A stretch of 63,915 bases of DNA, counting the filler. It is 9 parts of 9 records of this genome, joined end to end, with 100 filler letters (N's around TTAATTAATTAA, not from the genome) between each part and the next. Parts side by side here need not be neighbours in the genome. Positions count along the whole stretch, not along the records: positions 1 to 8,648 come from SRR7504441_6324; positions 8,749 to 17,784 come from SRR7504441_6325; 7 more parts are not named here. One strand, 5' to 3'. The notes below the pieces were generated by a model. That model saw only the letters and a program-made list of their open reading frames with translations. It was not told where the DNA came from and ran no database searches. Both the position numbers and the translations under genes were made by a program. Positions 1-12,100 of this stretch are shown here, piece after piece (positions within the stretch are counted from its first letter, which is position 1; every line of letters begins with the position of its first letter).

Positions 1-206
1 GTCCGTTGCTCACCACCATTTGGTGTGTTTTGAGCATGCTTGACAAACTCGTCCGCGCTGTACCGCCGCCGGATGAAGAGTGTCACCGCCGACCGAGGCA
101 GTTCCCAGAAGGCCATGGCTGTGATTACCATCGTCGCAAACTCGCCGGGCCGCTCCAGAGACATGCTCTTCGGCCCGCTGTAGTGCATCCGGCTGGGCAG
201 CTCCAT
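1..206 (-). CDS. 5' part of a hypothetical protein, truncated by the window edge
   Basis: ATG at 206 opens MELPSRMHYSGPKSMSLERPGEF... A possible 36-nt GT-AG intron continues the frame to the edge. It is head-to-head with the gene at 272, like most gene pairs here. No family recognised. Confidence 0.3.
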   Translation of the reverse strand, partial: MELPSRMHYSGPKSMSLERPGEFATMVITAMAFWELPRSAVTLFIRRRYSADEFVKHAQNTPNGGEQR

Positions 207-271
207 AGTGTGACGCTTGCTCTACCCGAACGTCGCCGTGTAATAACGTACTTGACTTTCATCTAACGGCT

Positions 272-1342
272 ATGTCGGTGCAGCGAGTGGTGTCTCTTTT
301 GGCCTGGCTCGTGCTCGGCCGGGCGGTGAACCCGGCTTGGCCGGCGGAGTGGAGCCTTGCACGGAGTACGGTGGTCCAGCCGGGTGGGCCGGCCGGTGGC
401 TACTTCGATCCGGCACACCCCTGGGGGCTGGTGAGCCTGGACTGGGGGGTCGCATCGAGCATATGGCAGCCCCGCAACGCCTGCGAGGCCGTGTCCGTGG
501 AGGGCTGCCGGCGGCTCAAGGCGGCGGGCAAGGCGGTCAGGTGCTTAATCTACCACAACATGGAGCTCGGGCTCTCGTGGCTCGAGAGCAACCGGCAGGC
601 CATGTACGATCCGGCCCGCCGGCACTTCTGGCTGCGCTGGCCGAACGGCTCGATATACAATGAGCGGATCAGCTGGGGAGATCAATACTTTTGGGACTAT
701 CGGAACCCGGAGGCGGCCGAATATATGATCCAGGCGGTGATTCAGGCGGTCAACCACTCGGCGACGGACGGCACCTTCACGGACGACGTCGGGTTCGGAG
801 GGGAGCACCAGGCCGTGGCGCAGCGGCTCGGGCTGAGCGCCCGGGCGGTCTGGGACTTGGGGAACGCCACGCTGCGCACCTACGACCGGCTGGTGCGGGC
901 GCTGGTGGCCACGGGCAAGTTTAACTGGCAGTCGCTCGGGGCCTGGGGCGACTTCGCCGGACCCGGGATCAAGCAGAACGCCTCGGCGCCCGACCCGCCC
1001 TGGAGCCAGCCGCTCGGCTGCCTCGATTTCTTCCGACGGTACTGCGCTCAGCCAATGTCGCCGATGCTGATGGGGGTGGTGGGCGGCACACCGGTCAACC
1101 ACTCGATAGCGGCCTTTCTGATCGTGCGGGCCGAGATCGGCTACCTGGGCTGGGGCTGGGAGGGTGTGGTCAACCAGGACGTCAGGTGGGACCCGATGTT
1201 CGCCCTGGACGTGGGAGAGCCGAACGGCCGGTGCACTGAGACGGCCCCTGGGGTGTTCTCGAGGGAGTGGACACGCGGCCGGGCCGAGCTGGACTGCAAC
1301 CGGTGGGTGGCCGACCTGCAATTTGATCTACTTAAGTCATAG
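272..1342 (+). CDS. Secreted putative glycoside hydrolase (GHL15-like)
   Basis: 356-aa intronless ORF with a hydrophobic signal peptide. Motifs YFWDYRNPEA, DGTFTDD and C-terminal LDVGEPNGRC..GVFSREWTRG.AELDCN resemble hypothetical glycosyl hydrolase family 15-like proteins. Confidence 0.6.
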   Translation: MSVQRVVSLLAWLVLGRAVNPAWPAEWSLARSTVVQPGGPAGGYFDPAHPWGLVSLDWGVASSIWQPRNACEAVSVEGCRRLKAAGKAVRCLIYHNMELGLSWLESNRQAMYDPARRHFWLRWPNGSIYNERISWGDQYFWDYRNPEAAEYMIQAVIQAVNHSATDGTFTDDVGFGGEHQAVAQRLGLSARAVWDLGNATLRTYDRLVRALVATGKFNWQSLGAWGDFAGPGIKQNASAPDPPWSQPLGCLDFFRRYCAQPMSPMLMGVVGGTPVNHSIAAFLIVRAEIGYLGWGWEGVVNQDVRWDPMFALDVGEPNGRCTETAPGVFSREWTRGRAELDCNRWVADLQFDLLKS

Positions 1343-1482
1343 ATAATAACCATAATAAACTAACACAATCATGCGGCATCGGCGGCGGCTACTCGTTCGC
1401 TCGTTGGCCTTGTATACTGCGTACCGCCGAGCCAACAGGAGCTACACTGAGCCGGCTTCAACGGAAGCATCTCGGCAACAGC

Positions 1483-4400
1483 ATGGGCGAGCGGCGGGCC
1501 GAACTGCAGAGGCAGTTGGACGAGTTTGTGTCCTCGGGCCGGGCCCAGCTGGAGATGAGCCCGCAGCTCTCCGCACAGGACCGGGCGATGGTGCACCAGC
1601 TCGCCCAGCAGCTCGGGCTCGACCACCAATCCAAGGCAAACCGGCCGCCGCCACCGCTAACCCGGCGCAGGGGCAGGGCGGCCAGAGGTTCGTCTGCGTG
1701 TCCAGGGCCCAGAAGCCGGTGCTGCGGGAAGGCGCCGGCGAAGGGCTGCAGCACGGGGCGGCGGAGGTGATCCAGGCGATCAAGTCGGTGACCTGGGACG
1801 GTCGGCTGCCGGCCCGTGGATTCGTGATTGGCTACGAGGACCGGTTCCTCGGGCTGCTCGAAAAGTCGTTCACTGCGTTCGAGGGGTTCGGTGCTGAGAT
1901 CGCCGGGCTGGGCGGCCGGCGGGCCCTGGCGATACCCACCCACAGGATCCGTCATGTCAAGTACAAGGGCGAGTTGGTCTGGGACCGGGCCGCCAGATAC
2001 GATGTGCTGCGCCAGGTCATCTCCGAGGCATGCCAGGCCAGTCCCGCCGGCAGCCCGGCCGAGGCTGGAGAAGCGCTCGGTGTGAGCGCAGACAGACTGG
2101 CCTGCGTGCCACCGGACCGGCCACACACGCACTTTGTGTGCATCCGTGTCGCCACCACCAGCAGCGCCAATGCCGCCCACGCAGTGCGGCAGCACCTGGC
2201 TGGCCAGCGCGAGGGCCTGTCGGAGCTCTGTCTGCCGCCCGCTGCGCTGCACCTCACTTTGGGGTTGGTCTGCTGCCCTGACCCGGCTGCAGTGGCCAGG
2301 CTCGGCCGGCTGATGACCCAGCTTGGCCCGTTGTGGCACGCGCTCTTGGCGGACCAGTCGATCAGGCTGCACGGGGTCAGGAGCCTCCGAGGCGGCAGGC
2401 TGCTCTACACTCGGCCAACCCATCCGGAGCGGCTGGCGGCCGCCGCATACGCGCTGCAGGTGGCGGCTCACGCCGAAGGCTTGCTCAATAGGAGCCAGCT
2501 CCATTCGGTGTACGAGCCGCATGTCACGCTGCTCAATCTGCGGCCGCAGCATGAAGCGCTGATGCAGCCCGGTTGGAGCTGGGACCCGATCTCAGAGCTG
2601 GACTTTGGTACGTTGCAAGTCACCCAAGTGCTTGCGTGTGTGGCCGGACCCTGGGCGGAGAACCATGAGGAAGCCTCCCAGTTCTACCCCGTCGCGCACC
2701 GCACCGTACTGGCTCCGTTCTCGCCTGTGTCTGGCCAGCTGGTGGTCCTGCAGCGTGATGATAATGCTGCTGGACCAGTCGACCAAGGCGCGATCAGTGC
2801 TGACTATTACCAGAATATATTCGCCGGAATGCCGCATTCGACGGTCCGCGACTGCGTTGGGTCAACTGCAGCGCTTCAGGTGCAGCACAGCGCTGCGCTG
2901 GATCGGCCCGATCGGGCCTGGCAGCTGAGCCAAGGCGGTGTGTTGCTCGAGTTGGCTGAAGCGGCGCTCCTAGGCCTGAGCATGGTGTTGCTGGACCCAG
3001 GTCCTAACTGCCCGCTAAAAGCGATGGACACGCTGCTGCATGTCGGCCTGTGCGCTGGGTACATTGGTTGCGTGGCAGCGGCTCCAGGGTCTGCTGTCCC
3101 AGCCGAGGCAAGCCACCCACTTTGTGTGCAGACTCTGGATGGCAGCTCCACGCTCCAACTGCTCAGACCCAGCTACAGCTGCCTGCAGCTCACTTCTGAG
3201 AGCAGTGATCTGCTACTCACTACGTTCCCGCCCGCCTTTGAGAAGGTGACGGCCAACCACGTCACGCTCCGGTTTGCACCCTCCGCCAGTCAGCTGGACG
3301 AGCTAGCTAGTCAGATGGAGCCTGAAAGCGAGCTGAACGAACTCCGCGTGGTTGCCAGCTTGCCGATCAGTGTTCAAGAGCAGTACGGGATTCAAGCTGT
3401 GACTGTCCAGATCCCGGCCGGTCTGAGCTGCGCCAATGAGCATCCGCACGTCACCCTGTCAGCAAGGAAGGGAGTTGCAAACAAAACTTCGAACGATGCA
3501 CTGGCTAGCGCTGAAACTTTAGAGCCCATAGAGCCGCCTCTGACTGTATCTGCGAGGTTGGTTGTGGTGTACCGTGCTGGCAATATCCGGCGGGACCTTG
3601 CGGATCCGGTTCACGTTCGCTGCCTGACAAGCCAGATGCGACAAGGCAATAACAAGTCGGGCCAGGGAAGAGCCTCCGCCGTTGTCGGAGCTGCTCCAGA
3701 GGGTGCACCGAGCGAGTCGAATGACCCTGTGCGGATCCTTCACATCTTCGACTTTGACCAGACCCTGTTCATGACCACCGACCCGGTTATTGGCAGACTC
3801 GAGTACAAGGAGCTCACCGGGCGCGCCTGGCCACATCAAGCCTTCCTGGCTCACCCAGAATCGCTCATGTGGCCGTTCAAACAAGTGGCTGGCCCGGCTC
3901 TGGCGACACTGCGGGATGTGTCGGACCAGCGCGGTGCATCAGTCAGGGCCGTGATCGTGAGCGGTCGCCGCGCAGCATGCAAGCAGCAAATGGCTGCAAT
4001 GTTAGCCAGAGAGAATATGTCAGTTGACAGCATCATCCTCCGCCAGAACGAGTCGGAGCCCTCCGAGCTCAAGCCGTCTGGAGGTAAGGTGAGGTGGGAT
4101 CAAAACAAAACGCAAGGCAAAGGTCACGCGAAAGCGGCACTGGAGGCAACTGCCGAGTGGAAGGGTGAGATGCTCTCAGAACTGCTCGAGCAACATCCCG
4201 GACTGCGCCAAGTCCATATATACGAAGACGACCCAGCACACTTGAAGGCCTACTCGGAGATAATGACCCAGACAAGCCACAGCTGCGAGTTTGTACTGCA
4301 CGACGCCTCTGCTCCACAAGACGACGTACCAGGAGTCTTGGGTGTGCTACAACGGCACAACCGGCTTGCAGGTAATGGCGAGCGCAGGATTCACGCGCAG

Positions 4401-5576
4401 GCGGCGGCTGTGTTGAGAGATGCATGGTGCGAAGTGGTTGGATATGCTGGCAAGGATGCCAACTGCATTGCACGGATATTTGGCTCCAGCCGTCTGTGGA
4501 GGCGCTCGGATGTCGATCTCTGCCTCATAGGGCCCCTGAGCATGCGCAGCCATGCAGCTTGCGCCGAGGCACTCCAGGCAGTGCTGCAAGCGAGAGGAGT
4601 GGTGGAAACTTACATCGGCGCTGGAAGGGTACCCCGTCTAGCTTGCAGAGTCGCTGTTCGTTCTGACACCATGGGGGCGTATACTCTTGTGGAGTTGGAT
4701 GCTGTGTTTTGTCTGATTGCCGATCACGCCTTTGTTCAGCTGCCTGAAGCCAGCCTGAGCAACGAAGCAATCCATCAGCTGTGCCTCGACGCTGGGGACG
4801 CTGTCTCCCAGGCAGCCATCGACGGCCCGATCGCGTTTGATTCACTTCGTAAACGACTTGTAGGAGAGACTGGTGTGCGCCTACTGAATGTCAAAGAATT
4901 CGGGCGGGCTTTGGAGACGATCTTGTTTGGGTTGGAAAGGGCCCAGTTGAAATCCAACCTGAATGCCGGGGTTCGCACTTTCCAGTGGCAAGAGTGGATG
5001 GCTGAGTACTTGCAACAGTTGCCCGAGGCTCCCATCGGTGCTGATGTACTTGTATCCGGCTTTGTCCGCTGGGTTGCTAGCTTGAATTTGAAGGTCTGGC
5101 AAGACCGACTGCACAAGAGCGCCCAGCATTCAGTGCCAGTGGCCCTCTTGAGGGAACTGCATCAATTCTTCATCAGATGGGCCGGGCTGATCCAAAAGTC
5201 CGGCGATGCCGCCGCCGAGTTGCAGTGCTTGATTTCGAGCCAGGATCGGCCCAGGATGTGTGGGGGTGTCACTGTCACGATTAGTTGCGGCAGTGGAGCG
5301 AAGCTGTGGCGACTGCTGAAGGTGGCGGAGGTGTCTATGGAAGTGTCTGCGCGACGGTTGTTTGACGCCGGTCTAGTGCCACTAGTGACAACACAAGCCC
5401 ACGGGATACGTGACACTGCGTCTGCCGCTTCGATCAGCTTCGGGTTTCTCCAAAGAGGCTCAGGTGCAAATAAGCCAGACGCCGGAGTCGTGGAGGAGTG
5501 TCTAGCGCCGGCTCGAGACGCACTGGACGCCGCTTTGAGCAGCGAAGGCGGTTTCACTTATACATGTAGTCTATAA
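1483..5576 (+). CDS. Multi-domain RNA repair protein: R3H + MJ1316 (DUF504) + two 2H phosphoesterases + HAD phosphatase + pol-beta-type nucleotidyltransferase (LENG9 / Swiss-army-knife-like)
   Basis: Exon 1 (1483-1635; ...DRAMVHQLAQQLGLDHQSK) joins exon 2 (1671-5576; GQGGQRFVCV) across a GC-AG intron, completing the R3H domain. MJ1316 motif: WD..FVIGYEDRF..IPTHRI..LVWDR. HxT motifs at 2250, 2520, 3258 and 3447; FDFDQTLF at 3750; FGS..SDVD at 4482-4517. About 1352 aa. Confidence 0.85.
1636..1670 (+). other. 35-nt GC-AG intron
   Basis: AAG|gcaaac...gctaac...cgcag|GGG. Removal restores the R3H H-x-S-x-G motif and the reading frame. Confidence 0.85.
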
Positions 5577-5883
5577 TAGAATAGCCTCCGGCGAAGGCGA
5601 TGATTGTAGACTTTCAAAGAACAAACTTTTTTATGATCTGCTTAAAACAATTAACTAATATACAACCGTGTTGCTCTGACTGTCTAACTTTGGAATCGCT
5701 AGTAAAGGGGACCTAAATGGATTGACATGCAATAGGTGCTTCATAAAGTCAGTCACATGGGTGCCTCAGGACATGGATACTATCCTCATTATATCCTCGT
5801 CACTCTTCAGGCAAGCTTTGCCTATGCCAGTACTTGTACTGAATTATATTCATCACAGTAGCTTGATGAGTGAGCAGAGGTGC

Positions 5884-7725
5884 TCAAGCCATCTCACTGC
5901 GCTCAACGCCTGGCCTCAGCTGCCGCGAATCTGTAAAAGCCGGCGAGAGCGGCTGCTGGTCGTCATCCTTGACGTCATGCCCAGTGTCCCCGCCGGGCGA
6001 GTCGACCGACGAAACTTGCTCCATCTCGATCTCCGCCTCTGGACCGTGCTGGTTTATAAACGGAGCACAGGTCTCCCGATCGTCTCCATAGGTCATATGC
6101 AGGAATGAATAGGCAGTAAAGCAGAGCAGCCACGGCACATTCATCGAGAAGAAGAGTGCGTTGCTGAGAGCGTTCGCGTTGTTGAGGTTACACTCCACCT
6201 CGCGACGGTGCCCTCCGGCAGGTGCATCACCCTCAAAGCCAAACACCTACACACGCACAACCTGAGTGCGCAGTAGCCCGGTTCAGGCAGTGGTTGGTAC
6301 CTTGTCGGCAAGGACGCCGACAATCAGGGAGCCGAGGCATGCGGTGGCGCCTTCGATGCACCGGTCGAGCGCATAGATCGTGGAGCGGTACTTGGGGAGC
6401 ACAATCTCCGAAAATATGCACTGGTTCACAGGCCCACACCAGGTGACCGTGGCCCCGAATATGAAAAGCATGAGGCCAAACAGCCAGGCTTCGTGCCCTT
6501 TCGGAAGCAAGTACAGAATGATGAATGTGAGCGGCAGCCCGATCCCCACAGAGAACTGAGCGACGTATACTCGACCATGCCTTACATTCTTGGCTGATGC
6601 CCAGTCCACCTGCAGCCCCAATCAATGCAACCAGCCGCAGCTGCCAGATAGTCACGATTGGGCCTCCGAGGAATCCGCCCGCAATTTGGCCGACATTCCT
6701 GCACCCGCATCGCTCAAGCCCCCGATTAGTATTCGGCACGCACAGTCCGACTACGATTAGCGCGGCTTGCTGATTTGTGAAACAGCTTTCCTCGAGCCAC
6801 ATGGTCAAGAAACTGAGCGCGAACCAGGGCATCGATCCGACCGTGCCCTGGGCCAGAATGATCTGGAACGACCGTACTTTCATCACCTGTCCAGCCTCAG
6901 CCAGCTCGCATGGCTCTCAGGCAGGGCACTTCGCCGAATTCTTTTTTTATTTTACTGAAGCTGAGCTCTTCCGGCTCGCCATCGCGCGGTACGTCTTTAC
7001 CGAAGTAGAGCATCATGAATCCAGTGACCTGCCCCGACCGCTCGGCGTGCAGCCCGCCAGCTGCAGCACACCACACTCATCACTGCCAGCAGGAAGAAGG
7101 CGGCCCGCCATCCGGCGAGCCCGGCCACAGTAGTGGCTGCCATGACAGTGCCCAGGTAGGCCCCGAAGGTGGATCCGACCGCGCCGGTCACCCTGAGCAT
7201 CCCGAACGTCTTGCCGAGTCGCTTCTGCGGGTGCAGGTCCGAGTTGAGCGACTGAATCAGCGGCAGCACGAAGCCGAGCCCGACCCCGTTGATGGTGCGG
7301 AGGGCGATGACTGTGTTGAAATTGGTGGCCATGCCGATCCCGGCGGTGGCCGCCGCCCAGAAGAAGCAGCCGTACGCGATCAGCTTGACTCGATCGTACT
7401 TGCCGGCGAGGATCCCGGAGGTTGGCGACACCAGAGCCTGGAGCAGGCCGCGCATGAGGGTGAGTGTGCCTAGCTGGGACGGGGTGACGCCGAACTCTTC
7501 AGAGAGCTCGTGGAACACCGCCGGGAGCACCGTGAGGTCGGCGGCCTCCACCAGCGAGGTGAGGTTGAGCAACTGGAAGGTTCGGACCGCCAGTCCTAGG
7601 TCTGTCCAGCATTGCTTGGTGGCGCCCCAGCACTGGTTGGCCCCGGGGCAGGTCTCGTCCAGTGGGTTGAGCTCGGCCTCCTCCGACTCGTCGGGAGTGG
7701 GCATCGTGACGCCGGGGGATGCCAT
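5884..7725 (-). CDS. Major facilitator superfamily transporter (spinster-like), 6 exons
   Basis: MFS motifs GILAGKYDRVK and LRTINGVGLG plus multiple TM helices. GT-AG introns at 7029-7071, 6887-6929, 6699-6743, 6610-6655 and 6247-6300 join the ORF pieces in frame. The start could lie slightly upstream. Confidence 0.85.
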
Positions 7726-7812
7726 TCGTGATGACGGCGGTTGGTGGCGTTTGGTGCCCGGTGCCCCTTCGTCCAAACTGACAATGCCGTTGCTTCGGGA
7801 AGACAACGCTCG

Positions 7813-8379
7813 ATGTTGGCTGCATCCCGACTGGCCGCCCGGCCTGCATTCCGCTGCACGGGCCGGCAGATCTCGCCCGGTGCTCTGCTCCGTCAGCCGT
7901 GGTGCGACGCTGCTCGAGCCTGCCGCAGCCTCCGCCCCCGCCGCGGGCTATCGTCGTCCGCCCCTGCGTTCCCGCACAGCACGGAGCCCGGCTCCTTTGG
8001 GGCCCGGACCCCGTTCATCTTGATCGCGCGGGTGCAGGTCAAGCCAGGCAAGGTGCGCGAGTACCTCCAGGTGGCCGGGGTGGTCGACCAGGGCGTGCAG
8101 GACAGTGAGCCCGGGATGCTGCATCACACGTTCGACGTCTCGCCGGACGACGATCACGCCTTCACCTGGTCCGAGGTGTACCAGAACGACGCAGCGCTCG
8201 GAGCCCACCTGGCCAACCCTTGCGTCGGGGAGTATTTGGAGGCGCACGCGGCAATCTGTGAGAGCTTCAGCGTGGAGGTTTACGGGACGCTCAGCGATGA
8301 GACTGCCGCGATCGCGGCGACGCTGCCTTTCCCCGTCAAGATTTGGAAGACCATGCTTGGGTATTCACGGATCCAGTAG
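7813..8379 (+). CDS. ABM-type (antibiotic biosynthesis monooxygenase-like) protein with Arg-rich N-terminal presequence
   Basis: ARVQVKPGK...EPGMLHHTFD...FTWSEVYQND..L.AH matches the dimeric alpha/beta-barrel pattern. The N-terminus MLAASRLAARPAFR looks like a mitochondrial targeting peptide. Confidence 0.7.
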   Translation: MLAASRLAARPAFRCTGRQISPGALLRQPWCDAARACRSLRPRRGLSSSAPAFPHSTEPGSFGARTPFILIARVQVKPGKVREYLQVAGVVDQGVQDSEPGMLHHTFDVSPDDDHAFTWSEVYQNDAALGAHLANPCVGEYLEAHAAICESFSVEVYGTLSDETAAIAATLPFPVKIWKTMLGYSRIQ

Positions 8380-8648
8380 TGAGCAGAGAGCACGAGCTCG
8401 AGAGGCGAGCGCGCCGCGGACGCGGGGGGTCGAGCTGCTTGTGTACTCGTACGTACACTCGTGCACAACATTGCCCGAGTAGGCCGAGCTCGGTGCCTAA
8501 TGGCTACTGTATATACATGTAATTATTCACTCATTGCCAGTATATAGGCAGTGTGTCAATTACAAATACTAAACTTACTGACTTGCCGGCTCCAATGGCC
8601 GGCTTGGGCGATGACGGCGCGAAGGGCCTCGGGTGCACCGGCAGCCGA

Positions 8649-8748
8649 NNNNNNNNNNNNNNNNNNNNNNNNNNNNNNNNNNNNNNNNNNNNTTAATTAA
8701 TTAANNNNNNNNNNNNNNNNNNNNNNNNNNNNNNNNNNNNNNNNNNNN
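8649..8748. other. Artificial contig linker
   Basis: N run + TTAATTAATTAA (stops in all six frames) + N run. Confidence 0.99.
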
Positions 8749-9170
8749 TGGCTGACCGTGTCCGAATGGCTAGCTATGTTGGTTTGCCTGTTTTGCTGCT
8801 AATACATTTTGCATGCTTATTTGAACTCACGACGCCGGCTGGAATCCGTACCGAATCGATCGTGATCCTTGTATCGAGCTAACCTCGAACGGCAACCTCG
8901 CTAACCTGGACCGATCATGTCTATTTACTACTGCCTAGTTAAGTCTTATTTCCATTTTGCATTTTAATAAAGCTAAAATTCAATTTTCTGTGTCACCATC
9001 TACCATGCCGGCCGCGTGCCAAGTGCTGATCACAGATATCTACTGAGAACAGATCATAGAGACTGCTAGTCAACACTGTCCAATTCGATGGTATAGCAAG
9101 CAGAAGCTCGCATGATTCACACAGTTGGCACGAAAGTAATGAAGATACAATCGCGCATAACCCTTTGTAC

Positions 9171-12100
9171 TTAATTATTGTAATTTTGATGATGTCTTGG
9201 TTGAGGGAACCGTCGTTCTGACTCATCATGATAGTACAAACAATTTGCTCCATTACGGCACCTTCCATCCTTTTGATAAAACATACATGCCTTGGACTTA
9301 TAGTTCCAAGGTTTATTTTCTAGTGTCGCAGCTGATGGCGCCATTGTCATTGGAGCAATCCCCCCAGCTTTGACATTTGCAAAAGGGTTGCCACCAGCCA
9401 CTCCCTGCCAGCCCAACACTCAGTGACTCCTCTTTGTCAAGAAGCAGCGGTGGGCAGGCTAAGTGCATGCATGCATCTGTACAGGGGCTGGTAGACAACA
9501 AGATCGGACCAGTTTCACTGATGGCGCTGAGACATAGGAGTATCTGGGACTGCAGCAGCAGTGGCACACATGTGTACATGAGAACACGTGTGTGGCACTA
9601 CTGTTACAGTGCCAAGGAGAGCGAGCAACAGATGCTGATGGTGCTCATAAGCGAGACCAGAGGGCAACTATGCCTGCTACCCTAACCCAGGGCAACTCCC
9701 GCATCTTTAATTCTCGAACGACTGCACCAAACGCGAAACGAAGGCTGAACAGATGGCGAGCGTTTCAAAAAGGTGGTATGCAGGTTAGGGGAGATGGTAG
9801 ATACCTGGGAGGCCGCTGGGCCTGGCTTGGCCACTGCGTTCAGCAATGTCTTCAGCAGATCAGCCTCAGCGTTCCCAGAGCCGGCAGCTGCTGGTGGCAA
9901 TCCTGCTGGTGGGTGTGGCATCACGTTTTGAGCTCCAGGCATCATGCCTCCCGTGGGCTGCAGCTGGACTGTAGGCGGCATCCCACTGCCGCCGCCCATG
10001 CGTGAGGCGGCTGAAACAAGTAGATCTTCCATGTTAGATCCGCTCGACTGTTGCATCTGTGTGAGCAAAGAGAGCAGCAGCTGCGGATTGGCTCCCTTGG
10101 GAGGCTCTGGCGCCGGGGGTGGCGGTGGCAGAGGGCCTCCCATGCCCATTGACGGCGGCGGTGGCGGCGGGCCTCCCATGCCCATTGACGGCGGCGGCGG
10201 CGGGATTGCACCCGGTGGCTGTGGAAAAGCCTCGCCATTCTCGCCGACTTCTGTGACGGGGAACTCCTTGGTGAGTGCGTCAAGCGAGAGTGTCTGGTCT
10301 GCTGGTGGCTCCTGGATCACCATCTCGCTCAGACCAACGCTATAGTTGAACATGGGGGTGGTGCGGCATCGGGAGGCCTGGGCCTGCTTCTCTGTGCTCT
10401 GGAACTCGAGTTCGTGCACGCACGATTCTGGGATCTCAACCTCTGTCGGGGGCGCCCACGTTGTCGCTGGCTCCATCTGCTTCGACAGTCCGTCTACAGA
10501 GACAGAGAAGGCATGTGCTCCCATTGAGCTGTCCACAGGCGGCTGCCATGGTGCCATGTCGTCTGGGAACCCCTGTCGCTTGAGGGCAGCCTTAGCCGCC
10601 TTCTCTTCGCGCTTTTCGCGGCGTCGGAGCTCTTCTGTGGAAGCAACGCCTAAGCCCCATTTCGGCCACTCCTCCTGGAACGGCGAGTATGTCCGCACTG
10701 TCTTGAGCGCCGCACCCTCGGCCCATCTGATCTTGCGTGCTCGCGTCGGAGCCTCCCTTTGCGGATGGTCGGCTCCGATCTCATAACCTCCAGACCACAA
10801 CGTCTCCTTTGGCTGCAGCTGGACAGGTCGTGATTCGCGTGGGCTGGGGATCTTAGCCGCAGGTTGCAGCTGCACTGACTCGTCTTTGATGAAGCGCGCC
10901 CGGTCCTTCATCTGCTTGATGTGGTCTGCACTCATAGGGGCAGAACTATGATCCCGTCGATGAGCTGGTGCCGACGCGCGGTACCCAGCCCTGAATCGCC
11001 CGGCCCCAGAGTCGGCCCCACCGCCAGTTCCAATTGGCTTGAGGTCGACTTCACGCGGCTTGGATGCGAACATGTCGCCGTCGTCTGGCTTCTGTTGCGG
11101 TTTCTCGACGGCCGGCTTCTTGGCCACCGGTTCGAGTGTGGGCTGAGGGCGAGGCCGCTTGTTGCCAGGGAGGTCTCCAGGAACGATCTCACCTGGAGCC
11201 TCGTCGCCTTTGGCTGGGATGAATCGCGACCAAGCTGTCACCAGGTGCTTTGCCCGCTGTATCGTATCCTTCTCAGAGTCTTTCTCCAGTCGCTTGACAG
11301 TCTTGCCTATCCCACTCTTCTGCATGCCCTCCAGCGTCATCGGGATCAAACACAACACCCGGAGTACCATCCGAGTGACCACCGTGCTGCCCGTGGCCTT
11401 GGCGTCCACCATCCATTTGTTGAGCAGCTGCAGCAGCCCGCACTGTACCAGCTTGCGCAGGCAGCTTATGGACTCAGTCTCAGCCACACAATTCAGGACC
11501 ACCGGCCGGTCCTTGGGCGACACCTCGCCTCGCACCACGTTCATGAAGTTGAGTGCGGACACCGGGTCGCGCAGGCCACCGTCGCGGTTCAGGAAGGAGC
11601 GGATCGATGTCTCAATTGCCGACAACTCCGGCTTCTTGGCCTTGGGCTGGTCCGGCTTCGCGCGCTTTGTGAGCGTGGCGCGGCCGGGCGGGTCGAGCGG
11701 ATGCTTGAGGGATGGCCGCTTCTTGGGGAAGGAGGCTTGCCCGCCCAGGAGCGGCCTCGACCTGGACGCCTGGTTGAAAAACTGTCTAACCAGCTTCTCG
11801 GGCGTGCGAAGCTGCCTGGCGATCTCAGCCAGGTCGGCGTCCTTGCGCTTTGGCATCTGCTGGTACAACATGGTAAGCTTGCGCACCGCCTCCGGCTTGA
11901 TCGGGATCTGGCGGGCGCTCATCGACAGCCGGACCGGTTCGTCGTCGTCCGAGACGTCGTCCAGCTTCTCGGCGTCGATCAGCCGGCCGGACAGCGGGTC
12001 CAGACCCACGATGAATCGATACACCCAGATCAGCCGCTTGAGCTCCAGCCGCTGGCGCTTCTCGCACTCCTGCATCAGGCGGACCAGCTGCTCGGCCGGC

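Noticed and set aside
1371-1670. N-terminal 100 aa of the 1401-aa ORF as the real protein start
   Set aside because: The R3H-coding exon in another frame (1483-1635) plus a GC-AG intron explains the region better.
10129-10202. Direct repeat encoding PPPPPSMGMGGP twice
   Set aside because: Ordinary coding duplication in a Pro-rich linker, not CRISPR-like or mobile.
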